A stretch of 64,000 bases of DNA from Dendrobates tinctorius (lineage: Eukaryota): positions 17,236,001 through 17,300,000 of the forward strand of contig NW_027361686.1 of the NCBI RefSeq assembly GCF_039654945.1, given 5' to 3'. The notes beneath the pieces were generated by a model. That model saw only the letters and a program-made list of their open reading frames with translations, ran no database searches and had not been told where the DNA came from. Numbering within the stretch: position 1 is the stretch's first letter; every line of letters starts with the position of its first letter. Shown here in pieces: positions 12,225-25,069 of this stretch. A program made the position numbers and the translations under genes.

Positions 12225-14289
12225 AGGAAACCTGTCACCAGGAATAAAGCTGTTAACCTACATATATGCGGTTATTCTGCAGGCTAACAACGTTATAATG
12301 CTGCTTGGTGCCTGCATGTAGCTGAATGCAGCTGGGAGAAATTGATCTTTATTCAATCCGCCAATACTCAGTATTCAGTCATACAGTTGTGGCCAAAAGT
12401 ATTGACACCCCTGCAATTCTGTCAGATAATACTCAGTTTCTTCCTGAAAATGATTGCAAACACAAATTCTTTGGTATTATTATCTTCATTTAATTTGTCT
12501 TAAATGAAAAAACACAAAAAGAATTGTCCTAAAACCAAATTGGATATAATTCCACACCAAACATAAAAAAGAGGGTGGACAAAAGTATTGGCACTGTTCG
12601 AAAAATCATGTGATGCTTCTATAATTTGTGTAATTAACGGCACCTGTAACTTACCTGTGGCACCTAACAGGTGTTGGCAATAACCAAATCACACTTGCAG
12701 CCAGTTGACATGGATTAAAGTTGACTCAACCTCTGTCCTGTGTCCTTGTGTGTACCACATTGAGCAAGGAGAAAAGAAAGAAGACCAAAGAACTGTCTGA
12801 GGACTTGAGAAACCAAATTGTGAGGAAGCGTGAGCAATCTCAAGGCTACAAGTCCATCTCCAAAGACCTGAATGTTCCTGTGTCTACCGCGCGGTGTCAT
12901 CAAGAAGTTTAAAGCCCATGGCACTGTGGCTAACCTCCCTAGATGTGGATGGAAAAGAAAAATTGACAAGAGATTTCAACGCAAGATTGTGCGGATGTTG
13001 GATAAAGAATCTGGACTAACATCCAAACAAGTTCAAGCTGCCCTGCAGTCCGAGGGTACAACAGTGTCAACCCGTACTATCCGTCGGCGTCTGAATGAAA
13101 AGGGACTGTATGGTAGGAGACCCAGGAAGACCCCACTTCTTACCCCAAGACATAAAAAAGCCAGGCTGGAGTTTGCCAAAACTTACCTGAAAAAGCCTAA
13201 AACGTTTTGGAACAATGTTCTCTGGTCAGATGAGACAAAAGTAGAGCTTTTTGGGCAAAGGCATCAACATAGAGTTTACAGGAGAAAAAAAGAGGCATTC
13301 AAAGAAAAGAACACGGTCCCTACAGTCAAACATGGCGGAGGTTCCGATGTTTTGGGGTTGCTTTGCTGCCTCTGGCACTGGACTGCTTGACCGTGTGCAT
13401 GGCGTTATGAAGTCATAAGACTACCAACAAATTTTGCAGCATAATGTAGGGTCCAGTGTGAGAAAGCTGGGTCTCCCTCAGAGGTCACGGGTCTTCCAGC
13501 AGGACAATGACCCAAAACACTTCAAAAAGCACTAGAAAATGGTTTGAGAGAAAGCACTGGAGACTTCTAAGGTGGCAAGCAATGAGTCCAGACCTGAATC
13601 CCATAGAACACCTGTGGAGAGATCTAAAAATGGCAGTTTGCAGAAGGCACCCTTCAAATATCAGGGACCTGGGGAGCAGTTTGCCAAAGAAGAATGGTCT
13701 AAAATTCCAGCAGAGCATTGTAAGAAACTCATTGATGGTTACCGGAAGCGGTTGGTTGCAGTTATTTTGGCTTAAGGTTGTGCAACCAAGTATTAGGCTG
13801 AGGGTGCCAATACTTTTGTCTGGCCCATTTTTGGAGTTTTGTGTGAAATGATCAATGTTTTGCTTTTTGCTTCATTCTCTTTTGTGTTTTTTAATTTAAG
13901 ACAAATTAAATGAAGATAATAATACCAAAGAATTTGTGTTTGCAATCATTTTCAGGAAGAAACTGAGTATTATCTGACAGAATTGCAGGGGTGTGAATAC
14001 TATTGGCCACAACTGTAACTGCGCCCCTAGCCCTGACTGACACTGGCTCTACATTGCGGTCAGTTGTCATTCAGGGCCGGGGGTGCAGTTACAGCTGCCG
14101 CTCTGTATATTCAGTGGTGACTGAACTGTCACTGACCCCACCCCTATGACTGAATATTGATAAAAAGATCATTTTATCCACGCTACATTGGGCTGTGTGC
14201 AGGCCCCGGACAGCATCATAGCGCTGTTAACCTGCAGATTAACCCCCTATCTGTAGGTTAACAACTTTATTCCTGCTGACAGGTTCCCT
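12225..14289. mobile_element. T2/Kolobok-type MITE (~430 bp) interrupted by Tc1 copy B2
   Basis: TTAA|AGGAAACCTGTCA...TGACAGGTTCCCT|TTAA, with long imperfect palindromic arms. Confidence 0.85.
12384..14015 (+). mobile_element. Full-length Tc1-like transposon (copy B2, same family as B1, opposite orientation)
   Basis: TA|CAGTTGTGGCCAAAAG...TTGGCCACAACTG|TA. Transposase at ~12766-13795 has a lost ATG (AAG), frameshifts and stops. Confidence 0.96.
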
Positions 14290-14731
14290 TTAAAAAGGCG
14301 ATTAATGCTTGGAAACACTCCAATGTAGCTGAATTACAACAATTCTGCAAAGATGATGAGTGGGCCCAAATTCCTCCAGAGCTTTGTAATAGACGCAATG
14401 CCAGTTATCGCAAACGCTTGATTGCAGTTGTTGCTGCCAATGGTGGCCCAACCAGCTATTCGGTTTAGGGGGATATCACTTTTTCACACAAGGCTCTGTA
14501 GGTTTGGATTTCTTTTTCCTTAAATAACAAAGACTTCATTTAATTTTTTTTTTTCATTTTGTGATTGTGTTATCTTTGTCTAATATTTAAATTTCTTTGG
14601 TGATCTGAAACATTTAAGTGTGACAAACATGCAAAAGAATAGGAAATCAGGAAGGGGCAAACACTTTTTCTCTACATGTATGTACGTGCTCTATGCATGC
14701 TTGTGTCTGTATGTACAGTATGTGCTCTGCA

Positions 14732-16955
14732 TATTATTATTATTATACATTTATATAGCACCATTTATTCCATGGCGCTTTACATGTGAAAAGGGGAAAT
14801 ATAGACAAGTGCAATGAACATGTATAGGACAAGGGACACACAAGTACAGAAGGAGAGAGGACCCTGCCCGTGAGGGCTCACAGTCTACAGGGCTGGGTGA
14901 GGATACAGTAGGAGAGGGTAGAGCAGGTCGGGCGGTGGTTCAGTAGATTGAGGATCATTGCAGGCTGTAGGCTTGTCGGAACAGGTGGGTCTTCAGGTTC
15001 TTCTTGAAGGTTTCCATTGTTGGTGAGAGTCTGATGTGTTGGGGTAGAGAGTTCCAGAGTATGGGGGAAGCATGGGAGAAGTCTTGTATGGGGTTTTGGG
15101 AAGTAGAGATAAGGGGGAGTAGAGGAGATCTTGAGAGGATCGAAGGTTGCGTGCGGGTAGGTACCGGGAGACCATGTCACAGTTGTATGGAGGAGACAGG
15201 TTGTGGATGGCTTTGTATGTTATGGTTAGGGTATTGAACTGGAGCCTCTGGGCTATAGGCAGCCAGTGAAGGGCCTGGCATAGGGGGGGAAGCTGGGGAA
15301 CAGCGGGGAGACTGGTGGATTAGTCAGGCAGCAGAGTGTAGGATGGACTGGAGTGGTGCCAGAGTGCTAGAGGGGAGGCCAGAGAGTAGGAGGTTGCAGT
15401 AGTCAAAGCGGGAGATAAGGGCGTGCACTAGTGTTTTTGTGGTTTCACAGTTGAGGAATCCGCAGATCCGGGAAATATTTTTGAGTTTGAGGCGGCAGGA
15501 GGAGGCAAGGGCTTGGATATGTGGTTTGAAAGAGAGGGTAGAGTCGAGGATCGCCCCAAGGCACCGAGCGTGCGGGACTGGGGAAAGTGAACAGCCATTG
15601 ACATTCATGGATAGGTCTGGTGGAGGGGTAGAGTGAGATGGGGGAAAGATTATGAATTCTGTTTTGTCCATGTTCAGTTTGAAAAAGCGAGCAGAAAAGA
15701 AGGCTGAGATAGCAGACAGATATTGTGCAATTTTGGTCAGTAAGGAGGTGAGGACAGGTCCAGATAGGTAGATCTGCGTGTCATTGGCGTAGAGGTGATA
15801 CTGCAAACCGTGGAATTCTATGAGCAGTCCCAGGCCGAAGGTGTAGATGGAGAAGAGTAGGGGTCCTAGGACTGAGCCTTGAGGAACACCGACAGACAGG
15901 GGGCGAGGTGAGGAGGTGGTGTGTAAGAGGGTGACACGGTTCTGTTAGGTATGATGAGATCCAGGATAGGTCCAAGTCTGTGATTCTGTGGGGAGGTTGA
16001 GCTGTTGGACAGCTCTGTCTGTAGTAAGAGACAGAGAGATAGGAACAGAGAGTGTCATGTGGCAGTTTGCCCATTAGAGGTCAGTGGAGAGCACTGATGA
16101 CAGTGGTTATGTAACTGCCACAGGTCAAGGTGACTCTGATTGGGCAAAGGTGACTGTCAGGTGACAGTGGGCGGGGCTATCCAGGCTGACAGTACAAATA
16201 CTGAGGTAAGCTTCTAGAAGCTTCAGTCAGCCAGGGGAGCTCACAAAGAAGCAGGGTCTGTCACACAGAGGAGACCCCTCAGAGACTTTCTGACGGTAGA
16301 AAACGGTCACGGGGGGTGACCTACAGCACATTGGTCCCAGGAAGAGACGGCCTGTGAGGGCCTGGTGTACGGTGGACTTTGTAAGGTGAAACTCCGTGGT
16401 GGATTGGCCTAGGGCAGTCACGGTGGATAGAGCCACGAAGTATGCCTGATGGAGAAAGTGAACAAGTGAGGGTGCCCGGGCCTGTCTGCAGTGGTAAAAC
16501 AGTGTAAACCAGCTGTCATGTATGGTGCAAGTCGTCGTAAGGGCAGCCAATAAAACCAAACCCTGTTGAATACTTTTCCTGCCTCTGTCTCTTGGCTGTC
16601 GACGTCAAGAAGCGGGTCACCCCCCATTCCTGTGAGTTCAGCACACCTCCGCCGCCTACCAGCCACATCTCCTAAATACCACAGCACGCTACCCTCCGCC
16701 CCAGCCTGCCACCGACCCCTACATTTCTAAGAGATAAGAGAATCTGTAGCAGGAGGGAATGGTCCACGGTGTCGAAGGCAGAAGACAGGTCCAGGAGAAG
16801 GAGGACAGAATAGTGTCGCTTGCTCTTGGAGGTTAGTAGGTCGTTAGTGACTTAGTTAGGGCAGTTTCAGTTGAGTGATGCGGTCGGAAGCCAGATTGTA
16901 GCTGGTCAAAGAGGGAGCAGGAGGAGAGGTGGGAGGACAGTTCAAGATATACATG
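14732..16955 (-). mobile_element. 5'-truncated L2/CR1-clade LINE (RT C-terminus and 3' tail)
   Basis: The minus strand reads [44 protein letters not shown]. (TAA)n tail at ~14732. Sequence resumes at 16724 after the solo LTR. Confidence 0.9.
15987..16723 (+). mobile_element. Solo LTR (737 bp) inserted in the L2
   Basis: TGTGGGG...CCCCTACA termini, flanks ATTC/TTTC, AATAAA at ~16549. The L2 is contiguous once it is removed. Confidence 0.72.
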
Positions 16956-18865
16956 CGGTGTTCGGTGTAGAAATATGTCTATGTATGTGCTCTGTGTATA
17001 CATGTGTGTATGTGCTCGGTGTATAAATGTGCGTCACATGCTGCATGTATGTCACACTATATATATAGGATTGGACCCGTAGAAGCGCTACTCGAGCGCA
17101 AAATGGCTGTCATCCACCTGTTCCCCTGCATGTCTCTCTCTGCACGCCGCACTACCACCTAACGATTGTCCAGATTATCTAAATATAGGACTTCATTTTA
17201 TCACTAAGGAAACTGGTGAGTTCTGCTTTTCATTCAATCTCACTTGGATATCTACTATATTGTTGGCCACTGCACCACCAATAATAAATAAGTTTCCTTA
17301 GCAACTGAGATAGTCTGCATTTACTAGACTGACACAAACGGTAAGGAGATTTTGTGAGCTGTGGGGCGGACACAGCAGTGACACAGAACCCAGAGTACAC
17401 TGCCTCCTAGGAAATGTATATGGGTCGCCCGCCCAGGGCTGTGGGGTACTCGGTACCGGGCCAGTCTCTGAGGGGATTGTTACAGCAGCGGTGACCCGGT
17501 CCGTGGCCCTGGGCGCCCATGAAAAAGGGGATTGAGTGATGGGAATAAAGTTTATGAATGATTCGTGACGCCACCTGTGGTGTTCGGCAATGAAGATGTT
17601 AAGCCGACGCTGCAGACAGATCCTCTGGGACAGATGGTGGGGTGCAGCAGTGATGTTATAGCCCTCCACAGGCAGGGCTGTAGTCCAAGGGCAGTGCAGC
17701 ATAATGTTTAGGGAGAAGGTGCAGTGTTTGGCACAGAGATGTAGCAGTGCGGAGGATGTTGCAGGAAGGAGGTAAGGACACAACAGGGTGCAGTTTCTTT
17801 ACCTTTACTTGGCAAGCGCAGTCCAGGGTTCTGATTACAGATGGCACAGGAGCAGGCTAGCCTGGAAGCAACTCAGGGATATCTCTATCAGATGGGTTGT
17901 GTAGTCTCCTTCCTAGCGCTGGCTTGAGGTACATCCAGTACTATGTTACACTGAAGTTCCTCCTTCTTATCTTCTCTTAGAACTACCTCGTATGGCAGTC
18001 AGCTGTAGCCCTCTATCTCTCTTGGCTCACCAGTCGCTGTTGTGCCTCCGAGTCTTAGTTGGGAATAGAGCATTTACAGCTTTCGACTCCTCTGGTTTCT
18101 GTTGAAGGACCTTCAGTACATACAACCGTGGAGACCAGGCTCCAGATCATGCGCTCTCACTGGGAGGGAGCTCTCTATCCTCAGCTCAACCTCCAGCTTC
18201 TCTCCACGCGTCTACACTCGTTGCCCTCCTCACGCTAACTGACTATTTCCCTTTCTGGCCCTCAGAGCGCGCTCCTCCCCCAATCCTGGTACAGAGCTCC
18301 CTCTGCTGGCCTGAAGTGGGAACGTGTTGCATGTAAATGATTAACTGTTAGAGAGACCCTTCCTTGCTTCCAAGGAGATCATCACCCTCCCTGGAGGAAG
18401 GCAATGCCACTGTGGCGGCCATACTCGTGGGGGCGCCACATTCCCCCCTAGTGCAAGTCAGCACTCCTGGGCTGATGAAAAACATGAATAACATATAACA
18501 AATGGCAAATAAACAATATGAAGGTTACAAGATTTGAAAAATGTACAAAAACTAAAAGCCCCCAAAATAGTCCTATGATGATAAGTCCAAGCATCAATGT
18601 TCATGGTCCATTCCTGGGCAAATGGTGAATTATTTACAAGGTTGGTGTTGACCACACAAGTCCTGTGGTCCAATGTCCATAAAATAAAACTGGAAAATTC
18701 AAAAGAAAACTCTTACAGATTACCTGTAGGCACAAACTTGAAAACAGTTACATATATACATACAATTTCAACATTTACATTTACTTGTTTATACACGATA
18801 TCTGATGGGCGGTATACCTTGTGTAGTGCGGATAGACCTGCGTAACACTGGTGTGACTGGGGATC

Positions 18866-21800
18866 CTACTGGTGTAGTGTGTAATGTACTGGATTCACTA
18901 CTGGTGCTTCTGCATGGCACAGGGATATTAGATTGTCTGCGAACTCTTTTAGACTCACCATGGGTATAACAGATTCACCACTGGCAGGGCGAGGGTTCTC
19001 TGGCTCCACTGCTGGTGTGGCATCTGCTGCCTGATTTTCCTGATCCTCAGGATTTTCTTGAGTCACTTCTTCCTGTGCTACCAGTCGGGGAAAGGTCAAC
19101 ACTGGCACCACTATTGCATCATTTACTTTAGTCCAATTGGCAGGGAATTCTCCAAGTATGGTGCTGACCTTTTCTTCTTCTAGGGGTTGGATGTTATCTT
19201 GTTCTTCCATTCTTTCTCTTAACTGGTCAGGGTATAATTTCAAATGATCCCTTGATACGGCTGCTGAGGTTTCTCCTCCGTCTTTACTAATAAGGCACAC
19301 CTTGGTATTGTCAAAATTTGAGGGTAAAATGGTGTAGGGTTCAGCTTCCCATTGGTCATCCAATTTATGCAGTCTTCTTTTCCTCTGGAGGACTTGTTCT
19401 CCTGGTGAAAAGGGGACCGCAGGTGCATGCTGGTTGTAGTGCCGTTCTTGTTTTTGCCTTGCCTGAGATAGACTCTTCTCTACACACTCTTGTACTCTTC
19501 TGTACTGTTCCTGCCTTTCTGTGTGCCAATCAGCATCTGGTGACGTCACCTCAGGTGTAAGGAATCCCATATCCAAATCAATAGGCAGTTTACCAGGCCT
19601 CACTCTCATTAGGTACGCTGGAGTGCAGTTGGTAGAATTCACAGGAATGTGGTTGTAGAGGTCTACCAGATCTGACAACTTTTCTGACCACAGATTCTTC
19701 TCCTCCAAAGGCAAGGTCTTCAGCAGGTCGATCACTACCTGGTTCATCTTTTCACACATGCCATTGGTCTGTGGATGGTATGGTGTTGTCCGGATCTTCT
19801 TACAACCATACAAGTTACAGAATTCCTGGAAAACTTCTGCCTCAAAGGCGGGACCTTGATCTGTAAGCACGTGCTCAGGATATCCATGTGATCTACAGAA
19901 GTGCTGTTGAAAGGCTCTGGCTGCTGTCCTGGCTGTTTGATCTTTGACAGGCACAAGTATCAGGAATCTTGAGTAGTGGTCCACGATGGTAAGAGCATAG
20001 ATGTAGCCCGACTGGCTTGGAACCAGCTTCACATGGTCCAGGGCTACCAACTTGAGTGACTGTTTGGTTACTATTGGCTGCAGAGGAGCTCTCTGGCTGT
20101 TTCGATCCTTTCTGCGCAGGTTACATTGTCCACACTCTCAGCACCACTTTTCAATGGCTTTCCTCATACCAGCCCAGTAGAATCTCTCCCGGAGCAATGC
20201 TTCCAACTTCTTCCATCCGAAGTGGCCAGCTCCATTGTGGTATGCTTTCAAGACCATTGATGCCTCTCTCTTTGGGACTACTACCTGCCAGACCAGCTCA
20301 TGAGTGCGGGCATTGATACTCCTCTGACACAGCTTTCCTTCATAGATGAACAGCCAACCTCTTTCCTTCCACAACTGCTGGGTTTCTTCAGGAGCATTCG
20401 ACTCTGGGCGTGAGTCAGCTTGTGACAGTAGCTCCTTCACCAGGCGGACTGCGGGGTCATCATCCTGAGTTTCTGCCCAATCATGATGGGGCAATGGATT
20501 TAGGGTGACCTCTTTAAAGCCAGACCATCTGTTTCTCACTCCTTGAGCACGTTGGGCCGCAAGTGGCCGGTGGAAGGGAGGCAACTCTATTTCTTCAAGA
20601 GCCTCCGGGTCTTCTCCTGCGTCTGGCAGATTAGGCATTCTGGACAGCGCATCAGCATTGGCATTCTTGTGCCCCGCTCTGTACTTGATGGTAAATTCAT
20701 AGTTAGACAGCCAAGCCATCCATTGCTGCTCCAGTGCACCTAGTTTTGCAGTTTCCAAGTGAGTCAACGGGTTGTTGTCCGTGAAGATGGTAAACTTGGC
20801 TGAAGCTAGGTAATGCTTGAATCTCTCCGTCACAGCCCAGACTGTTATGAGCTCATCTGTTCATTCACCTTTTGTGTCCGAGGATCTCCCTCTTCTGTTG
20901 AAGGAAGGTAGTGAGGCTGATTTGGATGAAAGAAACCAAACACCTGATCAGGTGGATTGTGACTGGGTAATGGGAACTTCAGACTGGATATAAGGCAGCT
21001 GATGCCCTTCTGAGTGGCTGGTGATTTCTCTGCTGGATTCTTGGAGACCAGTCTGATTCCTGCTTCCCAAAGATAAATTTTTGCTCTGCTATTGAACTTA
21101 TTAGTTTTGGTTTTGTTTTCCTTGCTTTCTGAGTTCAGCCATCCCCGGCCGGGGGTGTGCTGGATTCTTTTTCCTTGATCAGTGTTCTCTTTTGCTTTGC
21201 TTTCAGAATATTCTGAGTGCTGATATAGGGTTTGAAGTCTAGTGACTTCAGGGTCCTTTTTGCTTATCAGTTGTGTTGGTAATATTTTTAGCAGGGTTTT
21301 CTCGGATTGCAAATAGCAGCTCTTCTGTCCTGTCCTTTTTAGTTAGCTTGGGCCCCATCGTTTGCTCAACCTATCTTTCTGTCTTAGTGCTTTCATCTTG
21401 CTTCACCGTCATTATATGTTGGGGGCTGCCTATTGCTTTGGGGTCTGCTCTGGGGCAGTTTTTCCCTTTTCTCTCTTTAGGCTTATGTAGATCTCCGGCT
21501 GTGACGAGGTGTCTAGGATCACCATAGGAACACTCCACGGCTACTGCTAGTTGTGTGATAGGATTAGGGGTCTGCAATCCGCTAGTTTCCAACCTCTCTG
21601 ATTTTCTGGGCTGAGCTTGTGTTTTGTTTTTTCCTCCTCGGTGACTCAATCATACCACCAGACTATGGCCAGGAACTCCAGCTTGAAGGAACTGTAGTTG
21701 TCGGCGTTCCTTTCAGTGGGACGCAGCTTCCTGCTGGCGTAGATCACTCATTCTTTGCCATTCTGTACCTGTGACAGTACTGCTCCCAGTCCCACGTTGC

Positions 21801-23672
21801 TGGCATCAGTATACAACACAAACGGTTTGTCATAATCTGGGTAGGCCAGAACTTCATCTCCTCTGAGAGCCATCTTCAGTCGGGAGAAGGACCTCTCCAA
21901 CTCCTCAGTCCATTCAAATGTGGAATTCTTCTGTTTGGCTTTCTTAGACTGCCCCACCAGAAGATTTTGCATAGGAGTGGCTATTTCAGTGAAGCCTTTG
22001 ATGAATTTTCGGTAGTAACCTACCAGTCCAAGAAATTGGCGTACTTCATGGAGGTTACTGGGCTTCGGCCAGTCCCAGATGACTGTGACTTTTTCAGGAT
22101 CTGGTGCCACACCTTCTGCACTCACCACATGACCGAGGTACTGTACCATGGGCTTCAGGAGGTGGCATTTGGAAGGCTTCACCTTCAGGCCAAAGTTGGA
22201 CAAGGCTTCAGACACCTCAGCCAGGTGCTCCAGATGGTCTTCATAAGTCTTGGAGAAAACAATGACATCATCAAGGTACAACAGGACTGTCTCAAAGTTC
22301 ATGTGTCCCAGGCAGCACTCCATCAGCTGTTGAAATGTTCCTGGGGCGGTGCAGAGCCCGAATGGCATATAGTTGAACTCGCAGAGACGCATTGGGGTGG
22401 TAAATGCTGTTTTCTCCTTGTCTGCCTCTGCCATGGGAACCTGCCAATACCCACTAGTGAGATCTAAGGTGGAAAAGTAGTTAGCAGTTTTAAGTGCAGC
22501 TAATGATTCCTCAATCCTAGGTAATGGGTAGGCATCTTTATGTGTAATGCTGTTATTTTTCCTGTAATCAACACACATTCTCATGGTACCATCCTTTTTC
22601 TTTACAAAAACTATTGGAGCTGCCCAGGGGCTACAACTGTCTTGGATAACCCCTGCTTCCTTCATCTCTCTCAACATACCTTTAGCACATTGGTATTGTG
22701 TTGGGGGTATAGGCCAGTATCTTTCTTTTATGGGTGGATGATCTCCAATGGGGATATGATGTTGAACCCCTTTTGCCTTCCCAAAATCTAGGGGGTGTTT
22801 ACTGAATACCCGCTCATATTCCTGAGTCACCCTGTAAACCCCATTTTTCTGGTATGAAGGTGTAGAGTCAGTCCCCACCTGCAGTTGCTGGCACCACTCC
22901 TCTAGTTGCTTTCCAGAGCCATTGTCCTCCACCTGGTCGGATGAGACCAAGGGCTCTGCTGCCTGCATTGCATTATTACTGACAGTGAGCAGCTTAGCAA
23001 CTGTGGCGTACCGAGGTATTGTGGCCTCCTCCTCCCCACAATTCAAAAGGCGTACAGGTACTCTCCCTTTACGTACATCAACCACCCCTCTGGCTGTAAG
23101 GACAGTGGGCCTGCTATCAGAATATACTGGTTCTACCAATGCCTGGAAATCCTTCCCTCTGAGGCCTATGGCTGCCCGACACCAAATCAACATTTCACAT
23201 CTGGGGGGTATTGCAATGGGGAAAGCATCACTCACTCTGACACTACCAATTTCTCCGCCAGAGAGTTCTACCTGTTGTCTTTGCATCAGGGCCTTGATCT
23301 GCTTCTGCAGGACTCGCTGTTCACTGGAACCAGCAGTCTCAGCCACCTGTTGCAACAAGACAATAACCTCGGAAAGACAATTTTCAATTACATTTGTACC
23401 AAGAGTCATCATGGGATTACATTCTCGTCGATCAATATCCACAACTATCAGACCTTGAGATTTCAACTCCACCCTCCCCCTTTAACAGTAATTTCTTTAC
23501 ATCCCACTTGTGGTAAAGACTGACCATTACTGGCAACTACTGTTAGTTCATCACTTGGACCACGGGTGAGTTCAAAGTCAGCCCAATACCGCTTGTAGAG
23601 GATATAGGGCATAGTGGTCACCTGGGAGCCAGTGTCCAGCAAAGCGTTCATGGGGATGCCGTCAATCACCAC
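18866..23672 (-). pseudogene. Gypsy pol (protease, RT, RNase H, integrase), broken by stops, frameshifts and a solo LTR
   Basis: ORFs 23463-23672, 21748-23472, 20138-20833 and 18866-20050. Confidence 0.93.
20843..21657. mobile_element. Solo LTR (815 bp) with a 6-bp TSD, inside the Gypsy RNase H
   Basis: CCAGAC|TGTTATGA...TCATACCA|CCAGAC. Removing it restores KLEFLAIVWAVTERFKHYL. Confidence 0.88.
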
Positions 23673-23731
23673 TGGAAGGATCGGTCTCCCTCCAACATAC
23701 TTGGCTCGCTAGTTCCTTGGGCCTTGTGGTC

Positions 23732-24800
23732 CTACTCCTGGGGGTTGGCCCTCTGCCCCAGGGGTTGCTCTTTTAAAGGACAGAATCTTGCAAGATGACC
23801 TGCCTTGTAGCAGCGACGACAGATGGGACGTCCGTCCTGGTCATAGCGATCGTTGTTCCTCCCTCGGTGTGGCCGGGTTCTTCTCTTCCGGAGCCATGGG
23901 ACATCTTCTGGACTGGAAGCAAGCTGGATGTTCTCTTTGGAGGACACCTGCAGGGACTGCACAGTTTTAGTAAGTGCAGCCATACCTTTAGTCAACTCCT
24001 GGACTTGAAGACGCAGCTCTTCTGTTGGATCTTTATCCAGAGTCTGTGCATCAGCCTCCACAGGGATGGAAGGGAAAGATGTTGCTTCCTGGTGGTAGGT
24101 GATCGCTGGGCCTCTAGGGGGCGCTGGACGGTTGACAGCTGGCTCCTGCAGTACACAATAGCCCTGTCCTTGAAATCAGCAAAGTCCAGGTCAGGGTCTT
24201 GTAGGGTTATGATGCGCAGCTGTGCTCTGTGGGTACTGGACAGGAGTCCTTTAATGAACTGCTCCTTTAACAGTTTGTCTTCCTCTTTCACACTGTCAGG
24301 ATCAATTTGCTTGACAGCTCGCAGCGCCTCCTGCAGGTTAAGAGCATAGTCCCTTATACTGTCCTGCACTTTCTGTTTACATCCGAAGAACCTCATCTTG
24401 ATTTCAGCTGCAGCTGCAGTGCGGGTGTCAAAGGTGCTTTTTAGCTTGGCCAAAATCTTTTTGACAATCTCTTTATCAGTGTCCTGCCAGGCTTTTACTT
24501 CTCTCTGTGCTGCACCTGTTAGCTGCCCAATAAGGATGTTCACCTTCTGGCTTTCAGATAGAGGATACACCTCAAACAAACTGCACAGTCTCTCTTTAAA
24601 TTCACTCAGGGTATGTGACTCACCCGAGTACTGCGGTAGCCAGGCCGCTCCTGATATGTAGGGCATGGACAGCAGCATTATGGGGACCGCTGCGGTGGGC
24701 GCTATTGGAGCCACAGCCACATTGGATCCATCATCATGCGGCGCTGAGCGGTTGGCGGCGGCGTCCGCCGCTGCATTGCTGCGTGGCGCATTCTCTTCCC
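23732..24800 (-). pseudogene. Gypsy gag (PNMA/Ma-like capsid plus CCHC knuckle), frameshifted
   Basis: ORFs 23992-24720 and 23732-24061 lie between the PBS and the protease. The PNMA-like label is by resemblance only. Confidence 0.75.
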
Positions 24801-25050
24801 CTCTTAGTTAGCTTACCGGCGGCCGCTTCGCAGGCCCGATGCTCCGGGCTCTAGGCCTCAGCTCCTCCCACTTCTCACGCGCTTTTTCCTCTTCCCGCGC
24901 GGGACTTCACTGCTTCGCGCTCTCCGGCAGGCTCCTCCCACGAAGGCCTACCCTTTTTCTTCCCGCGCGCGGCAATGGCGCCAATTTCGTACACAGTCTA
25001 TAGCACACAACAGTCTCTGGCACACAGGACTAGGGGACACCGGGCTCTGT

Positions 25051-25069
25051 AATCCTGTTCGTGACGCCA
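25051..25069 (-). promoter_or_regulatory. Primer binding site complementary to tRNA-Ser(CGA)
   Basis: The + strand reads AATCCTGTTCGTGACGCCA, which matches the vertebrate tRNA-Ser-CGA 3' end plus CCA as I recall it. Confidence 0.8.

Larger units (their letters stand above)
1..14680 (+). mobile_element. Old Tc1/mariner element (copy A), split into three pieces (1-780, ~12068-12224, ~14290-14680) by later insertions
   Basis: Degenerate transposase reads ...EIYQSGKGYKAI...KYGGGSVMVWGCFAAS...DLK up to 780. It resumes at ~12068 (RTWVMQQDNDSKHTSKS...DLNLIEML) and again at ~14294 (SNVAELQQFCKD...YRKRLIAVVAANGGPTSY), followed by an AT-rich right end. Many stops and frameshifts. Confidence 0.88.

Noticed and set aside
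25051-25069. tRNA-like sequence (also at 6222-6240) as tRNA genes
   Set aside because: Only the 3' 18-19 nt including CCA is present, next to an LTR, so these are primer binding sites.
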